From contig PSMW01000017.1 in assembly GCA_040290295.1 (NCBI GenBank), positions 6,840 through 70,839 on the forward strand: DNA of 64,000 bases, read 5' to 3'. Made by a program: the position numbers and the translations under genes. Origin of the DNA: Ignavibacteria bacterium. Its GTDB lineage: Bacteria; Bacteroidota; Ignavibacteria; UBA10030; UBA6906. The notes under the pieces were generated by a model. That model did no database searches. It was not told where the DNA came from and saw only the letters and a program-made list of their open reading frames with translations. Positions 33,532 to 44,705 of the stretch are shown here, piece by piece. Within the stretch, counting starts at the first letter, position 1; each line of letters opens with the position of its first letter.

Positions 33532-35379
33532 TCACGTTCGTCCGAACCGACGGTCAAGCTCCTCGATCGAAATCTTCAACACAATCGGCCGACCGTGCGG
33601 ACACACGTACGGCATCGTGCAGGCGAAGAGTTGATCCAGCAGCGATCGCATCTCACGCTCATTCAGGGGGTCGCCGGATTTGATTGCTGCGCGGCAGGAA
33701 TAGGACTTTGCAAGCACGTCCCGAGCATCCATCACTGCGTGCTGACGATACTCGCGATAGAGCGTAAGAATATCAGCGATCACCTTCGCGTTGCTCGTAG
33801 CGGGAAGGTCGGCAGGCACACCTTCGAGCACTACGGTGTTTTTGCCGAATACTTTCAGATCGAAGCCGAGCTGCTGAAAGTGCGGGAGCAGTTCTTCGAC
33901 CAGCGCAAAATCAACTGGCGACAGTTGCAGCGGTTCGGGAAATAATACCTGCTGCGTCCCACGCGCGTGCGTTTCCGTCCGCTGCAGCGCGCGCTCGTAC
34001 AGCACGCGCTCGTGTGCAACGTGCTGATCGACGATCAGAAGACCACCCTCGATCGGTGTCAGCAGATATCGATTGTGGACTTGCCATACCGGCGCGGCAT
34101 GGTGAATAAACGCTGTCTCATTGCCTGCCCGCTGAACTCCCTGCTCGCTCTCGGCGGGTTTCCCGAACAAACGATCAGCTATCTCCTTTCCATCCTGTTG
34201 CAAGACCTGTGAGATGAATGATGAACGCGTGCCGACATTCGTCTCCACCGGTCGTGGCGACGAGAGAACCTCGCCCGTCATCGGATCCACACGTGTTCCA
34301 CCCCATGGGTGTTGCCGATCGGTGAACGATAACCCGATCCCACTCTCTCTTTCGTCTGTCGTGGAGAGGGACACCGTCGGGATGAGATCATTCGCTGCAA
34401 GGGTCCGTCGCACCAACGTCGAGATGATACGATAGACGTACTGCTCGTCTTCGAACTTCGCTTCCATTTTCGAAGGATGTACATTGACATCGACGCGATG
34501 CGGATCAATGTCGATGAAGAGAAGGAAGAAGGGAAACGTTCCTTTGACGAGTAAATGTTCGTAGGCACTGAAGACGGCGTGACTGATATTGCGATTGACA
34601 ATGTAACGCCTGTTGAGGAAGAGATATTGGTTGGCGCGACTTTTCTGCCCGAAGCTTGGTTTGCCGATGAAGCCTCGAATGCTCATGAGATCGGTCTGCT
34701 CTTCTGCCCACACCATTTCCTCCACCTGCCGCTGACCGAACACGTCCAGCAAGCGCTCGTGGAGTGGAGCTGGCTTCACATCGAGAAGCGTCTCCTCATC
34801 GCTGATGAAACGCAACGCGACCTCAGGATGACTGAGCGCGACGCGCTGAACAGCCTCCGCGATGTGGCGAAACTCTGTCGCGGCCGACTTCAAGAACTTC
34901 CGTCGAGCCGGCGTATTGTAGAAAAGATTTTGGACGGCGATGGACGTGCCGGCTTCTCGAGCCTCGCGTGACACACGCGGCGCGCCTCCTCCTTCGATAT
35001 GAACGACCACTGCGGATTCATCTTCGCGTCGGCGAGTTTTCATCGTCACGTGTGCAACCGCGGCAATCGACGCAAGCGCCTCGCCTCGAAATCCGTACGT
35101 GCGGATCGCCTCCAGGTCCTCCAGCGTCGCGATCTTACTCGTTGCATGCCGCAGAAACGACGCAACCGCATCCTCCTCACTCATTCCTCCACCGTCGTCG
35201 ATAACTTGAATCAGTTTTTTGCCGCCTTCCTTTACGACGACGACGATCTGCTTTGCTTGCGCGTCGAGGGAATTCTCCAACAACTCCTTGACGACGGACT
35301 CGGGGCGTTGGATCACCTCGCCTGCCGCGATTTGGTTGGCGAGATGTTCGGGGAGAATATGAATGCGCCTCTCGCTCAT
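33532..35379 (-). CDS. mutL: DNA mismatch repair endonuclease MutL
   Basis: N-terminus IHILPEHLANQIAAGEVIQRPESVVKELLENSLDA, GHKL ATPase motifs, C-terminal dimerisation region. Confidence 0.9.
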   Translation of the reverse strand: MSERRIHILPEHLANQIAAGEVIQRPESVVKELLENSLDAQAKQIVVVVKEGGKKLIQVIDDGGGMSEEDAVASFLRHATSKIATLEDLEAIRTYGFRGEALASIAAVAHVTMKTRRREDESAVVVHIEGGGAPRVSREAREAGTSIAVQNLFYNTPARRKFLKSAATEFRHIAEAVQRVALSHPEVALRFISDEETLLDVKPAPLHERLLDVFGQRQVEEMVWAEEQTDLMSIRGFIGKPSFGQKSRANQYLFLNRRYIVNRNISHAVFSAYEHLLVKGTFPFFLLFIDIDPHRVDVNVHPSKMEAKFEDEQYVYRIISTLVRRTLAANDLIPTVSLSTTDERESGIGLSFTDRQHPWGGTRVDPMTGEVLSSPRPVETNVGTRSSFISQVLQQDGKEIADRLFGKPAESEQGVQRAGNETAFIHHAAPVWQVHNRYLLTPIEGGLLIVDQHVAHERVLYERALQRTETHARGTQQVLFPEPLQLSPVDFALVEELLPHFQQLGFDLKVFGKNTVVLEGVPADLPATSNAKVIADILTLYREYRQHAVMDARDVLAKSYSCRAAIKSGDPLNEREMRSLLDQLFACTMPYVCPHGRPIVLKISIEELDRRFGRT

Positions 35380-35428
35380 GCCATACGAAGCCGGCGATCA
35401 ACAAACACATGCAAGGATGTCCTCCACT

Positions 35429-36376
35429 TCATTCTTGCTCTCCTGTGAACAGCGCTTCCACGAACGCGGACGTATCGAAGGGTTGCAAGTCGTCGATGTG
35501 TTCGCCTACGCCGACGTATTTGATGGGAAGCTTCATCTCGCGACTTATTGCCAGTACGATTCCTCCCTTGGCTGTGCCGTCGAGTTTCGTGAGTACCAAA
35601 CCAGTGACACCCGTTGCAGCATCGAATTGCTTCGCCTGCTGCAGTCCATTTTGCCCCGTAGAAGCATCGATCACCAACAAGACTTCGTGGGGAAACGCAG
35701 GATTGAGCTTGGCAACCACTCGACGAATCTTTTTCAACTCTTCCATCAAGTTCGTTTTCGTGTGCAGTCTCCCCGCCGTGTCGATGATAACGACATCCGC
35801 GGCCTGTGCCAGTGCCGACTTCACAGCATCGTAGGCGACAGCCGCGGGATCGGCACCATGCTTTTGGCGAACGACCTGTGCCCCAGCGCGCTGCGCCCAA
35901 ATCTCCAATTGCTCATTGGCCGCCACACGAAACGTATCTGCCGACCCAAGGACAACCCGTTTTCCTGCTTTTGTGTAGATGTGTGCAAGTTTTCCGATCG
36001 TCGTCGTCTTTCCCACCCCGTTGATGCCGACAACCAAGATGACGTACGGCTTTTCCGCAGGCAACGCAAGCGTATCGCCAACGCACCCATCAGCCGAGAA
36101 TTGATGCTCGATTTCCTCTCTCAGCAATCGTTGAAGCTCCGATGCGTCGGCGTAGCGCTCAGCTTTCACACGGGCACGGATCGCCTCGATGATGGCAAGC
36201 GACGTATCCACACCGACATCGGCGCCGATGAGGATTTCTTCGAGTTGCTCCAGTGTTGCATCGTCAATCGTCGATTTGGTCGTGATGAGACGAGCTACTT
36301 TGCCGAGCAATCCCTCTCGCGTTTTCGAAAGGCCCGCTTTGAGCTTCGCAAAGCTTAGCATATCAAACAGCGCCAT
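35429..36376 (-). CDS. ftsY: signal recognition particle receptor FtsY
   Basis: SRP GTPase motifs VGINGVGKTTTIGKLA, DTAGRLH, TKLDGTAKGG. Confidence 0.9.
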   Translation of the reverse strand: MALFDMLSFAKLKAGLSKTREGLLGKVARLITTKSTIDDATLEQLEEILIGADVGVDTSLAIIEAIRARVKAERYADASELQRLLREEIEHQFSADGCVGDTLALPAEKPYVILVVGINGVGKTTTIGKLAHIYTKAGKRVVLGSADTFRVAANEQLEIWAQRAGAQVVRQKHGADPAAVAYDAVKSALAQAADVVIIDTAGRLHTKTNLMEELKKIRRVVAKLNPAFPHEVLLVIDASTGQNGLQQAKQFDAATGVTGLVLTKLDGTAKGGIVLAISREMKLPIKYVGVGEHIDDLQPFDTSAFVEALFTGEQE

Positions 36377-36531
36377 AACCCTCGTGCATGATCAGACAAC
36401 ATTTTCCTCATTCATCATAAGAACATGCCCCACGAAAAACTTCCCGGGACCTATGGCTGCAGGATCAGTATCCGGAGCCTCTCTCCTTCCCACACACATC
36501 GTTGCCGATGGAACAGCAGCGAGCAGCCCTT

Positions 36532-37110
36532 CTACTTCTTCATCAGAAGGACGAACGTTCTTACATACGAAACGAACGAAGCGACGAGCATTGCAACACT
36601 CGCACCGATGGCGAAGTCCAACGCAAGTCCTGTCACGCCGATCAGGGCAAGTCCCATCGCGACGGCAAGGACGCCAACGGTCCATTTCCCCAGCACATTC
36701 GACGGTACGACAATCTTCTGCGTTCGCTTCAAATAGAGGCCGCCTGCCAGTATCAACACATCTCTACCGATGATAGCCGCAAGGAACCAGGCGGGAATCA
36801 TGTCGAGCGAAACGAGGACGATCGCCAACACAGCCATCCCGATCTTGTCTGCAACCGGGTCGAGAATTTTTCCCCACTCCGTTACCAGGTGATGTCTGCG
36901 AGCAAAAGCGCCATCGAGCTTGTCGGTAAGCGCAGCGACAGCCAAGAGTGCGAGGCCCCACCAGCGTGCACGCGGTTCACCCGAGAGCATGACGGCAACA
37001 AACGGTATCGTGAGGAGCGCCCGGAGAATACTAAGAGCATTCGGCACGGTGAAAAGTGTTTCGGAGTGTGGATGCTCGGACACGTGGGAATCCGCGGCAG
37101 GAGGACTCAT
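36532..37110 (-). CDS. pgsA: CDP-alcohol phosphatidyltransferase (PgsA-like)
   Basis: DKLDGAFARRHHLVTEWGKILDPVADK = D-G-x2-A-R-x8-G-x3-D-x3-D motif. ATG 37110 overlaps the purF stop (ATGA). Confidence 0.75.
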   Translation of the reverse strand: MSPPAADSHVSEHPHSETLFTVPNALSILRALLTIPFVAVMLSGEPRARWWGLALLAVAALTDKLDGAFARRHHLVTEWGKILDPVADKIGMAVLAIVLVSLDMIPAWFLAAIIGRDVLILAGGLYLKRTQKIVVPSNVLGKWTVGVLAVAMGLALIGVTGLALDFAIGASVAMLVASFVSYVRTFVLLMKK

Positions 37111-38612
37111 GTTTCGTGTTCTTCCTTCGTTTGTTGCGCGTCGACCTTCACCGGGTACTTGCCGCTGAAGCATGCTGTACAGTAATTCTCACCGTGTTCA
37201 TGCGGCACAGAGGCGAGAAGATCGTCTAACTCTAAGTATTCAAGACTGTCCACGCCAAGCTCTTGCGCAATCTTTCTCACATCACCATTGCACTGATTGG
37301 CGATCAGTTCCTCGCCGTTCGGGAAGTCCATACCATAATGACACGGATATGTGATTGGTGGAGCGGAAACGCGGAAGTGCACTTCCTTCGGTCCGGCTTG
37401 GCGTACGAGTTGAACGAGTTGCTTCGAGGTGGTGCCGCGAACAATCGAATCATCCACAATCACAACGACGCGATCTTTGAGCACTCCTTTGACGGTGTTG
37501 AATTTCGTTTTCACTTTGTTCTCGCGAACATCTTGCTTCGGCTGAATGAATGTTCGGCCGATGTAGTGACTGCGAATCAACCCTATTTCCAGTCGAGTCT
37601 TGTTGCCAAGCTTGTTCGATTCCTGAACGAATCCCATCGTTGCCGTGTTGCTCGAATCCGGAACGTTGATGACAATAACTTTCTCGTCGGGGTCGGAGGG
37701 ATGGACCGGCTTGGTGCGGGCAAGCGTCTTGCCAAGCTTACGGCGCACTTTATCCACGCTGTGCCCGAAAATCTGGCTGTCGGGACGTGAGAAGTAGATG
37801 TATTCGAAGATGCAGTGATGGGGTGCCGCCGGCTCTCCGTTGATCCGTAGAGACTTCACAGCGCCGGTCTCTTGTGCTTCGCTGTCGATCACGATCAGCT
37901 CTCCCGGTTCCACGTCGCGTACATACTCTGCGTCGATAATGTCGAAAGCAACAGTTTCCGACGCCACGAAGAACGCCTTGCCTTTCTTGCCGAGTGCAAG
38001 CGGCCGAAAGCCGGAATGATCTCGTGCAGCAATCAAACGATCATTGGTGAGAATGACCAACGAGTATGCTCCCTGAATCTGCGAGAGCGCATCGCGGATT
38101 TGCTCGATCTGATCTGGCTGCTTGCTTCGTGCAATGAGGTGTAGGATGACTTCTGTATCCGATGTGGTCTGGAAAATCGTCCCCTCATCGACGAGCCGCT
38201 TGCGAATCTCGCGGAAGTTGGTCAGGTTCCCGTTATGAGCGACTGCAAGATTACCGTTCTTGTAAATAACTGTAAGTGGCTGAATGTTCAGGCGATTGTC
38301 AGCGGCACCTGCAGTTGAATAACGATTGTGTCCAATCGCCAGAGTGCCGCGTAGTTCGTTCGTGAGAAGTCGTTCGTCGCGATAGATGTCATTCACCAGT
38401 CCAAAGTCCTTGTGAATGTGAAAGCGATAGCGCTTCAGCTTCTCATCGTATTCAGACGTAACGATGCCGGAGCCTTCCTGTCCACGGTGTTGCTGTGCGA
38501 GCAATCCGTAGTATGTGAACTGCGCCGCGGCAGGATGCCCGAACACACCGAACACGGCACAATGGCAACGAGGCTTGTCAAGAACAGTACGCATGGTATC
38601 GAGGAATTTCAT
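37107..38612 (-). CDS. purF: amidophosphoribosyltransferase
   Basis: N-terminal nucleophile context CAVFGVFG, QHRGQEGSGI, and PRT motif VVVIVDDSIVRGTT. Confidence 0.9.
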   Translation of the reverse strand: MKFLDTMRTVLDKPRCHCAVFGVFGHPAAAQFTYYGLLAQQHRGQEGSGIVTSEYDEKLKRYRFHIHKDFGLVNDIYRDERLLTNELRGTLAIGHNRYSTAGAADNRLNIQPLTVIYKNGNLAVAHNGNLTNFREIRKRLVDEGTIFQTTSDTEVILHLIARSKQPDQIEQIRDALSQIQGAYSLVILTNDRLIAARDHSGFRPLALGKKGKAFFVASETVAFDIIDAEYVRDVEPGELIVIDSEAQETGAVKSLRINGEPAAPHHCIFEYIYFSRPDSQIFGHSVDKVRRKLGKTLARTKPVHPSDPDEKVIVINVPDSSNTATMGFVQESNKLGNKTRLEIGLIRSHYIGRTFIQPKQDVRENKVKTKFNTVKGVLKDRVVVIVDDSIVRGTTSKQLVQLVRQAGPKEVHFRVSAPPITYPCHYGMDFPNGEELIANQCNGDVRKIAQELGVDSLEYLELDDLLASVPHEHGENYCTACFSGKYPVKVDAQQTKEEHET

Positions 38613-38670
38613 GCATGCAATATACGTGAACAGCGCTGGGCATTCAAACGTGCTTCAGTGCTGAGCCGAC

Positions 38671-40272
38671 TCAATCGGCGATCGTGTCCTTCAAGAATTC
38701 TGCATTATTGCGGTGCGGATAATCGGTCGTGACGTGGAGACCACGGCTTTCTTTCCGTTTCATCGCGCACTGAATGATCAGCATGGCGCATTGGGCAAGA
38801 TTGCGCAACTCAATCAGTCCTTCGGTCACTTTCGTTTTCTTGTAAAACGTCTCCACCTCTTCCTGAATCAATTTCATGCGACGGAGTGCTCGCTCCAGAC
38901 GGAGGCTCGACCGAACGATCCCGACATAATCCCACATGATTTGCTGTATCTCTTTCCGATCGTGCGCGATCAACACCCACTCTTCACTATTGAACGTGCC
39001 GCTATCATCCCAATCTTGAACGTCGGGGATCGGGTGGTGGTACTGCCGAAGAAATGTTTGCGCATCCACAGCGGCGCGGTGGGAAAAGACCAAGCCCTCC
39101 AGCAACGAGTTGCTCGCTAAGCGGTTGGCACCGTGCACACCCGTCATGCTTACCTCACCCGACGCATACAAGCCGTGAATGGGTGTTTTGCCCTCCGTGT
39201 CGGTCACCACGCCGCCGCACGCGTAGTGCGCTGCCGGCACCACGGGGATCGGCTCTTTGGTGATATCCAACTTGTACTTCGAGAGACAAGTTTGGTAAAT
39301 GTAGGGAAATGTTTCGATGACCTGCTCGGCAGGCAGATGGCGGAGGTCGAGCAAGACGTAATCCTCGCCTCGCTTCTTGAGTTCGGTATCGATAGCGTAT
39401 GCGACGATATCGCGCGGCGCAAGCGATTTGCGCGGATCGTATTTCTGCATGAACTCTTCTCCATCCCGACTTCGTAGTACTCCTCCAAAGCCCCGCAGAG
39501 CTTCTGAAATGAGAAATGCCGGGCTGCCGGAATTGTACAGCGTCGTGGGATGGAATTGCACGAACTCCATGTTTGCGATTACCGCGCCCGCACGATACGC
39601 CATCGCCACCCCATCGCCAGTAGCGATCAAGGGATTTGTGGTGTGCAGATACACATGGCCTAACCCACCCGTTGCAAGCAGTACGACCTTTGCAAGAAAG
39701 GTGTCGACGCGACGCTCACGTTCGTTCAATACATACGCGCCCCAACAATGGATGTTCCGCTTGTCAATTGGTCGCCGCAGGACTGTCTGGTGCTCAGTGA
39801 TCAGTTCGATGGCGACGTGGTTCTCGAAGATTTGGATATTGGGATGAGACGTCACGTGAGACACAAGAGCGCGCTCGATTTCTCGTCCCGTCAGATCGCG
39901 TGCATGCACAATGCGGTTGACGGAGTGACCGCCCTCCCGTCCCAAATCCAGTTCGCCGGTTTCCTTTCGTGTAAACTCGACACCGAGATCCATCAGCTCG
40001 CGGAGGCGCTCGGGACCTTCACGCACCAGAATCTCTACAGCATCTCGATGACACAAACCGGCGCCGGTCGCGAGCGTATCCTGAATATGCAGGTCATATG
40101 AATCGAGTTCTGACATGACGGCTGCAATGCCGCCTTGGGCGTAGTTCGTGTTAGACTCTGCTCGCTCTTTTTTGGTGATGATGGCAACGCTGCCGAGCTT
40201 CGCCACCTTGATGGCATAGAACAATCCGGCGATACCACTACCGAGCACGAGAAAGTCAAACCGATGGGTCAT
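38671..40272 (-). CDS. nadB: L-aspartate oxidase
   Basis: FAD motif [12 protein letters not shown], ..[10 protein letters not shown].., and HYACGGV and [10 protein letters not shown] segments typical of NadB/succinate dehydrogenase flavoproteins. 533 aa. Confidence 0.9.
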   Translation of the reverse strand: MTHRFDFLVLGSGIAGLFYAIKVAKLGSVAIITKKERAESNTNYAQGGIAAVMSELDSYDLHIQDTLATGAGLCHRDAVEILVREGPERLRELMDLGVEFTRKETGELDLGREGGHSVNRIVHARDLTGREIERALVSHVTSHPNIQIFENHVAIELITEHQTVLRRPIDKRNIHCWGAYVLNERERRVDTFLAKVVLLATGGLGHVYLHTTNPLIATGDGVAMAYRAGAVIANMEFVQFHPTTLYNSGSPAFLISEALRGFGGVLRSRDGEEFMQKYDPRKSLAPRDIVAYAIDTELKKRGEDYVLLDLRHLPAEQVIETFPYIYQTCLSKYKLDITKEPIPVVPAAHYACGGVVTDTEGKTPIHGLYASGEVSMTGVHGANRLASNSLLEGLVFSHRAAVDAQTFLRQYHHPIPDVQDWDDSGTFNSEEWVLIAHDRKEIQQIMWDYVGIVRSSLRLERALRRMKLIQEEVETFYKKTKVTEGLIELRNLAQCAMLIIQCAMKRKESRGLHVTTDYPHRNNAEFLKDTIAD

Positions 40273-40330
40273 CGAAAACGTGGCGAGAGTGTGGGAAATG
40301 GACGGTTATCGGTTTCATGACGGACGCAAT

Positions 40331-40368
40331 ATAAACAAAAAGAGGGTGACGAAAAATCCGCCACCCTT
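40331..40368 (-). terminator. rho-independent terminator after the OM-barrel gene
   Basis: Minus strand: AAGGGTG-GCGGATTTTTCGT-CACCCTC hairpin followed by TTTTTGTTTAT. Confidence 0.55.
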
Positions 40369-40390
40369 CTCCGCACGCTGTGCGTCAGGT

Positions 40391-41795
40391 TCAGTTGAAA
40401 TTGAAACTCGCGTTGATGAACCCGAATGTGTTGACGTTGTCGTTCCCGCTGATCAGTCCGAAGCCACGGCGCAAGGCTTCTTCACTGAGCGTTGCATCGA
40501 GTGAGAAGCGACCGAAACGCATCCCGACTCCCAGGGAGACGATGCCATCGTGATTGTAATTGCCAAACAGAAGGAAGCTGCTTGGCGTTGTGAGATTTGT
40601 TTCGAACGTGGTGCTCGTTGTTCCAACAGTAGATTCCACCTTCAGTTTGAACTTACCCAACGTCCGATAGTAACCAACACGTCCTGCAAGCCAATCGAGG
40701 AACCACCACTCGCCTCCGAGATTGATGACGGGTATGGAGGTGTTGGAGACTGTTCCGGTAAGTGAGAGAGCGGTTGCGGGAGGGACAGCCGCTTGTGCAA
40801 ATTCCGCTTTTGCTCGTGCCGTGAAGAAGCTCAAGCCCGTTGCAATCAGAATATCCTTACTGTGATACTCCATACCTGCACCGAACGCAACCGAGGTGAC
40901 GGTCACTTTGAGAGACGCCGGCGTTGGCCGAGGGGCTGCCGTAGGCTTGGTGTCCTCTTTCGGCGCGCCGGAAATGCTGCCGAAGGCACCGTACGGAACC
41001 AAGTTCACGCTGTTCGAGATCTTGAACCGCCCACGCGCTTGAATCTGGAACTCCGTCCCGCTGACCGAATACTCACCGTCGATCGGCGCCGTGGGCGGGG
41101 GCGTCATCGATATCCGATCGGTCGCCTTGTCAATGCGCAGAGCGGCGCTCACGTCAATCGCATTACCTCCGCCTAAATCGACCAGCACGCCACCCCGAAA
41201 GCCAAGAACACTTGCCGATGCCTCCGATGACGACGATATCGTGCCGGAGGTGAGTGACGAATCCGAATTCGAGTTGCCGTACATGATGCCGAACCCAAAA
41301 TCGAATCCACCCATATCGACCGAGGCGAATGCTTCCCACACGTTTTGGATCGGTGGAATCGGTCGAGGCTGGCGCTGAGCAATCGATCCGATAGGAAGGG
41401 GGAACCCCAGTGCACCAATGCCGCTGATGAACGTGCGTGCCTGATTGGCAAACGAAGGATCGAAACTGAGAACAGCGCCGACCGTCAACTGATTGTTGAC
41501 CTCGAAGCTGACACCGGCGTTTTGCAGTCCGTACCCGTTATCGGCGGGTCGTCAAGCCGGCAAGTGTACCACCGCCGATATTTGACCAGAGATAATCTTT
41601 ATACATGGTCTGATAGGCGGGATTGACCAGCAACAGCGTTGGGTCCTCCCAGAGAAACGGATTGAGCACGACTCCCTGCCCCGCCGTCGAACCGCCCATG
41701 GCGATCTGCCGCGCGAGACCTCCCCACTTTGCCTGACTCGAAGCGAACGGCGAGACAAGCACGAGCAGCACCAAAACACAGAGCATTCGGTTCAT
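40391..41795 (-). pseudogene. outer-membrane beta-barrel protein (PorV/PorQ-like N-terminal text), single frameshift
   Basis: The 85-aa ORF (41538..41795) supplies the signal peptide and ..ARQIAMGGSTAGQG...NPAYQ... The 365-aa ORF (40391..41488, frame open from about 41530) supplies the barrel ending ..INASFNFN. Frames join at a CCC run (41546-41548). Confidence 0.6.
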
Positions 41796-41837
41796 GGGAA
41801 CCTCCTTGAGGTTGTGAATGGGATTGGTGGGAAATCC

Positions 41838-41924
41838 TCAGCACGCCCAACAGCCGGCGGTAAGCACCGCCATGAGCACCAACAGTACTGCGTTGGCAAT
41901 TCGGTACTTCAGCGTCTCGCTCAT
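41838..41924 (-). CDS. possible 28-aa hydrophobic peptide
   Basis: GGAGG 4 nt upstream of the ATG; MSETLKYRIANAVLLVLMAVLTAGCWAC*. Too short for the track and unsupported beyond SD plus hydrophobicity. Confidence 0.3.
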   Translation of the reverse strand: MSETLKYRIANAVLLVLMAVLTAGCWAC

Positions 41925-42023
41925 ACTGCCTCCATTTTTGTTGGTGAAAAGAATGGTAAGTTTGTGGAACGTCGGAGCTACCATAACCAATTCGAGGTGG
42001 AGAGTCAAGCGACAACGAAAATA

Positions 42024-42644
42024 CTACAGCTTTTTCAGGAGTGCGTCAATGAACTGAACACGGGGGAGAAGTTCGGCTTCGGTTCCATCGTTGTGAAGAA
42101 CGAAGTGGGCGCGTTCGAGCGCGTCCTTCACGTCCATTTGAAATCTCATGCGTGCAAGCACTTCTTCGCGCGTTACACCATCCCGCTGCATCACGCGTGC
42201 GATGCGCGTTTCTTCATCGGCATGAACGACGAGCACGGCATCCACTCGTTCGTCCATGCCGCTTTCGAAAATCAGCGCCGCTTCGATGACGACGTACGGT
42301 TTCTTCTTTTCTAACGGAAGGACTTCGAGCTGTCGTTCGATGTAATCAAAAACGTGCGGATGCACGATCGCATTCAGTTTGTGCAGTTCCACGGGGTCGG
42401 AAAACACGCGTGCGGCAAGCTTCTGTCTGTTCAGGCTTCCCTCGGAAGCGAACACTTCCTCACCGAAGGTTCTGCGGATCGCAGCTTTGATCTCCTTATG
42501 CTCTTCGGTGAGCGTTCGAGCGATCGCATCGGCAGAAAGAACCGTTCTGCCGAGCGTTTCGAAGTGTCTGCATACCGTGGACTTCCCGCTTCCAATCCCG
42601 CCGGTCACTCCAACGCGGAGGTATGCTGGACGAGCTTTCTTCAC
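42024..42644 (-). CDS. coaE: dephospho-CoA kinase
   Basis: P-loop VGVTGGIGSGKST, about 200 aa, CoaE-like layout. Confidence 0.85.
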   Translation of the reverse strand: MKKARPAYLRVGVTGGIGSGKSTVCRHFETLGRTVLSADAIARTLTEEHKEIKAAIRRTFGEEVFASEGSLNRQKLAARVFSDPVELHKLNAIVHPHVFDYIERQLEVLPLEKKKPYVVIEAALIFESGMDERVDAVLVVHADEETRIARVMQRDGVTREEVLARMRFQMDVKDALERAHFVLHNDGTEAELLPRVQFIDALLKKL

Positions 42645-42734
42645 AGCGTTACAATCGATAAGGATGAAGAAGAAAAGGCGAAAGCGGTGGAGGCGTGCCG
42701 GCTCTTCGCGCCATGATGGCTTAGGGAGTACACG

Positions 42735-44297
42735 TTACTTGGCGTATGCGACAGACCGGAATTCGCGAATGACCGTCACCTTGATCTGTCCTGGATACTC
42801 CATCTCCTGCTGGATCTTTGCAGCGATGTCGTGAGCGAGTTGATCGGCAAGGGCATCATCCACCTTGGTCGGTTCCACCACGACACGAATTTCTCGGCCT
42901 GCCTGGATGGCGTACGTTTTCTCGACACCCTGGAAGGAATTGGCAAACATTTCGAGCTTTTCCAAACGTTTTGCATATCCTTCCACCGATTCGCGGCGGG
43001 GGCCGGGCCGCGCGCCGCTGATGGCATCTGCCGCTTGCACGAGTGCTGCGATGGGAGATTCCATCGGCATGTCGTCGTGATGCGAACCGATTGCATTGGC
43101 AACGATGGGGTGCTCGCCATATTTCTTTGCAAGCTCATACCCTAACAACGCGTGTGGGCCTTCGGCTGATTTGTCGGCACACTTCCCGATATCGTGCAGC
43201 AATCCGGCGCGTTTACCCAGTGCGGCGTCAAGCCCCAGTTCGGAGGCCATCATGCCGGTCAGCAATGCAACCTCGATACTGTGCTGTAGCATGTTTTGGC
43301 CATAACTTGAACGATATTTCATGCGTCCAATGAGCCGGAGGATTTCCTTGTGCGCGCCATGCAAGCCCACCTCCAACAGCGCGTTCTCCCCTGTGCGGAG
43401 AATGTCCTCTTCGAGTTCCTGTCGGACTTTCTCAACGACTTCCTCAATACGCGCCGGGTGGATACGGCCGTCGGCGATCAACCGCTCGAGTGCAACACGC
43501 GCGACCTCGCGCCGGAACGGATCGAACGCAGAGAGAATTACTGCCTCAGGCGTATCATCGACAATCACATCGACCCCCGTTGCCGCTTCGAAGGCACGGA
43601 TGTTTCGACCTTCACGTCCGATGATGCGTCCTTTCATTTCATCGCTTTGGATGTTCAAGACGCTTACGGTGGTTTCTACGGAATGGTCGGCAGCCGTCCG
43701 CTGGATGGCGTGCACGATGAGCTTTTGCGCTTCCTTCTTTGCCTCGTCTCGGGCTTTGTCGCGAATTTCTTTGAGGATCTGGGCAGCCTCTGACCGTGCC
43801 TCGTTGATGAGATTGTCCATCAACACCTTCTTTGCTTCTTCACGGGAAAGCCCAGAGACACGCTCCAGACGCGCGTTCTCTTCGCGCATCAGTTGTTCCA
43901 ACTCTGCCTGCTTTGCTTGTAGTTGGCGCTCCTTCTCTTCGAGGTGTTTCTTGAGTTGAGCCTGTTCGCGCTCCTTGCGATTGAGGAGTTCGACCTTTCG
44001 GTCGATGTTTTCTTCCCGCGCGTCGAGCGCCTTTTCTTGCGAAGCTAATTTGGTCCGCTTGCTTTGGACGTCGGCATCGAATTCTTTCTTTTTCGAGTAC
44101 CATTCGTCCTTCACTTCCAGGAGTTTTTCGCGTTTGAGCGTTTCGGCTTCTTTTTCGGCGTCGGCGAGGATTTTTGCCGCGCGTTCCTGCGCCGAGGCAA
44201 TCTTGTTCTCTCCCGATTTTTGATTGAGGAACCACCCAATGAAGAAACTGATCCCGCATGCGAGGAGGACCAGCGGAACTAAGAGATAAATATTCAT
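42735..44297 (-). CDS. rny: ribonuclease Y
   Basis: N-terminal TM ([21 protein letters not shown]), a long coiled coil, a KH domain ([15 protein letters not shown]) and an HD domain (LLHDIGK). Start at ATG 44297. Confidence 0.9.
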   Translation of the reverse strand: MNIYLLVPLVLLACGISFFIGWFLNQKSGENKIASAQERAAKILADAEKEAETLKREKLLEVKDEWYSKKKEFDADVQSKRTKLASQEKALDAREENIDRKVELLNRKEREQAQLKKHLEEKERQLQAKQAELEQLMREENARLERVSGLSREEAKKVLMDNLINEARSEAAQILKEIRDKARDEAKKEAQKLIVHAIQRTAADHSVETTVSVLNIQSDEMKGRIIGREGRNIRAFEAATGVDVIVDDTPEAVILSAFDPFRREVARVALERLIADGRIHPARIEEVVEKVRQELEEDILRTGENALLEVGLHGAHKEILRLIGRMKYRSSYGQNMLQHSIEVALLTGMMASELGLDAALGKRAGLLHDIGKCADKSAEGPHALLGYELAKKYGEHPIVANAIGSHHDDMPMESPIAALVQAADAISGARPGPRRESVEGYAKRLEKLEMFANSFQGVEKTYAIQAGREIRVVVEPTKVDDALADQLAHDIAAKIQQEMEYPGQIKVTVIREFRSVAYAK

Positions 44298-44416
44298 ACA
44301 GCCTCCCAAATCACAGTGTGAGTACCAACCACCCGTTGCACGCAAACACTCTGCTGCAGGTGTTCCGGCGTGAAATAAAAATCCGCACCAATCAACCGTA
44401 CCAAAAGATTCTTATG

Positions 44417-44608
44417 AAAGAACCTTCTTCAAACACAGTGGGTGCTCGCCTGAGCGCCTCTTACGTCCACAGTCTCGCTCGTCCCGCACAGCCGAAGCTG
44501 AAGCAGGAGGTCATGGCAAGAATCCCGTTCACTCGGTTGGTGGGACGGGATGTGGCGTGTAATCAACGCCCACGAGTCGGGCTCCCTAGATAAAGGTGTT
44601 GGTTCTTT
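44417..44608 (-). ncRNA. ssrS: candidate 6S RNA
   Basis: 192-nt segment in the 408-nt gap downstream of zapA. 5' AAAGAACCAACAC pairs with 3' GUGUU(UGAAGAA)GGUUCUUU (13 bp closing stem). Apical hairpin AUCCCGU...ACGGGAU. CAGC-UUCG-GCUG hairpin on the 3' side. zapA-ssrS synteny is known from E. coli. Confidence 0.4.
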
Positions 44609-44705
44609 ATAATGATGTTGGAGACGGTTGACGGTGCGGATGATATTCATCCGTACGCGACTGCCCTATACCATAAAGAACAGTGTTCGCCCTTTCGCTA
44701 ATAAT

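Noticed and set aside
35363-37185. ORFs 35363..36358 (+) and 36502..37185 (+).
   Set aside because: They are antisense to ftsY and pgsA respectively and have no recognisable motifs.
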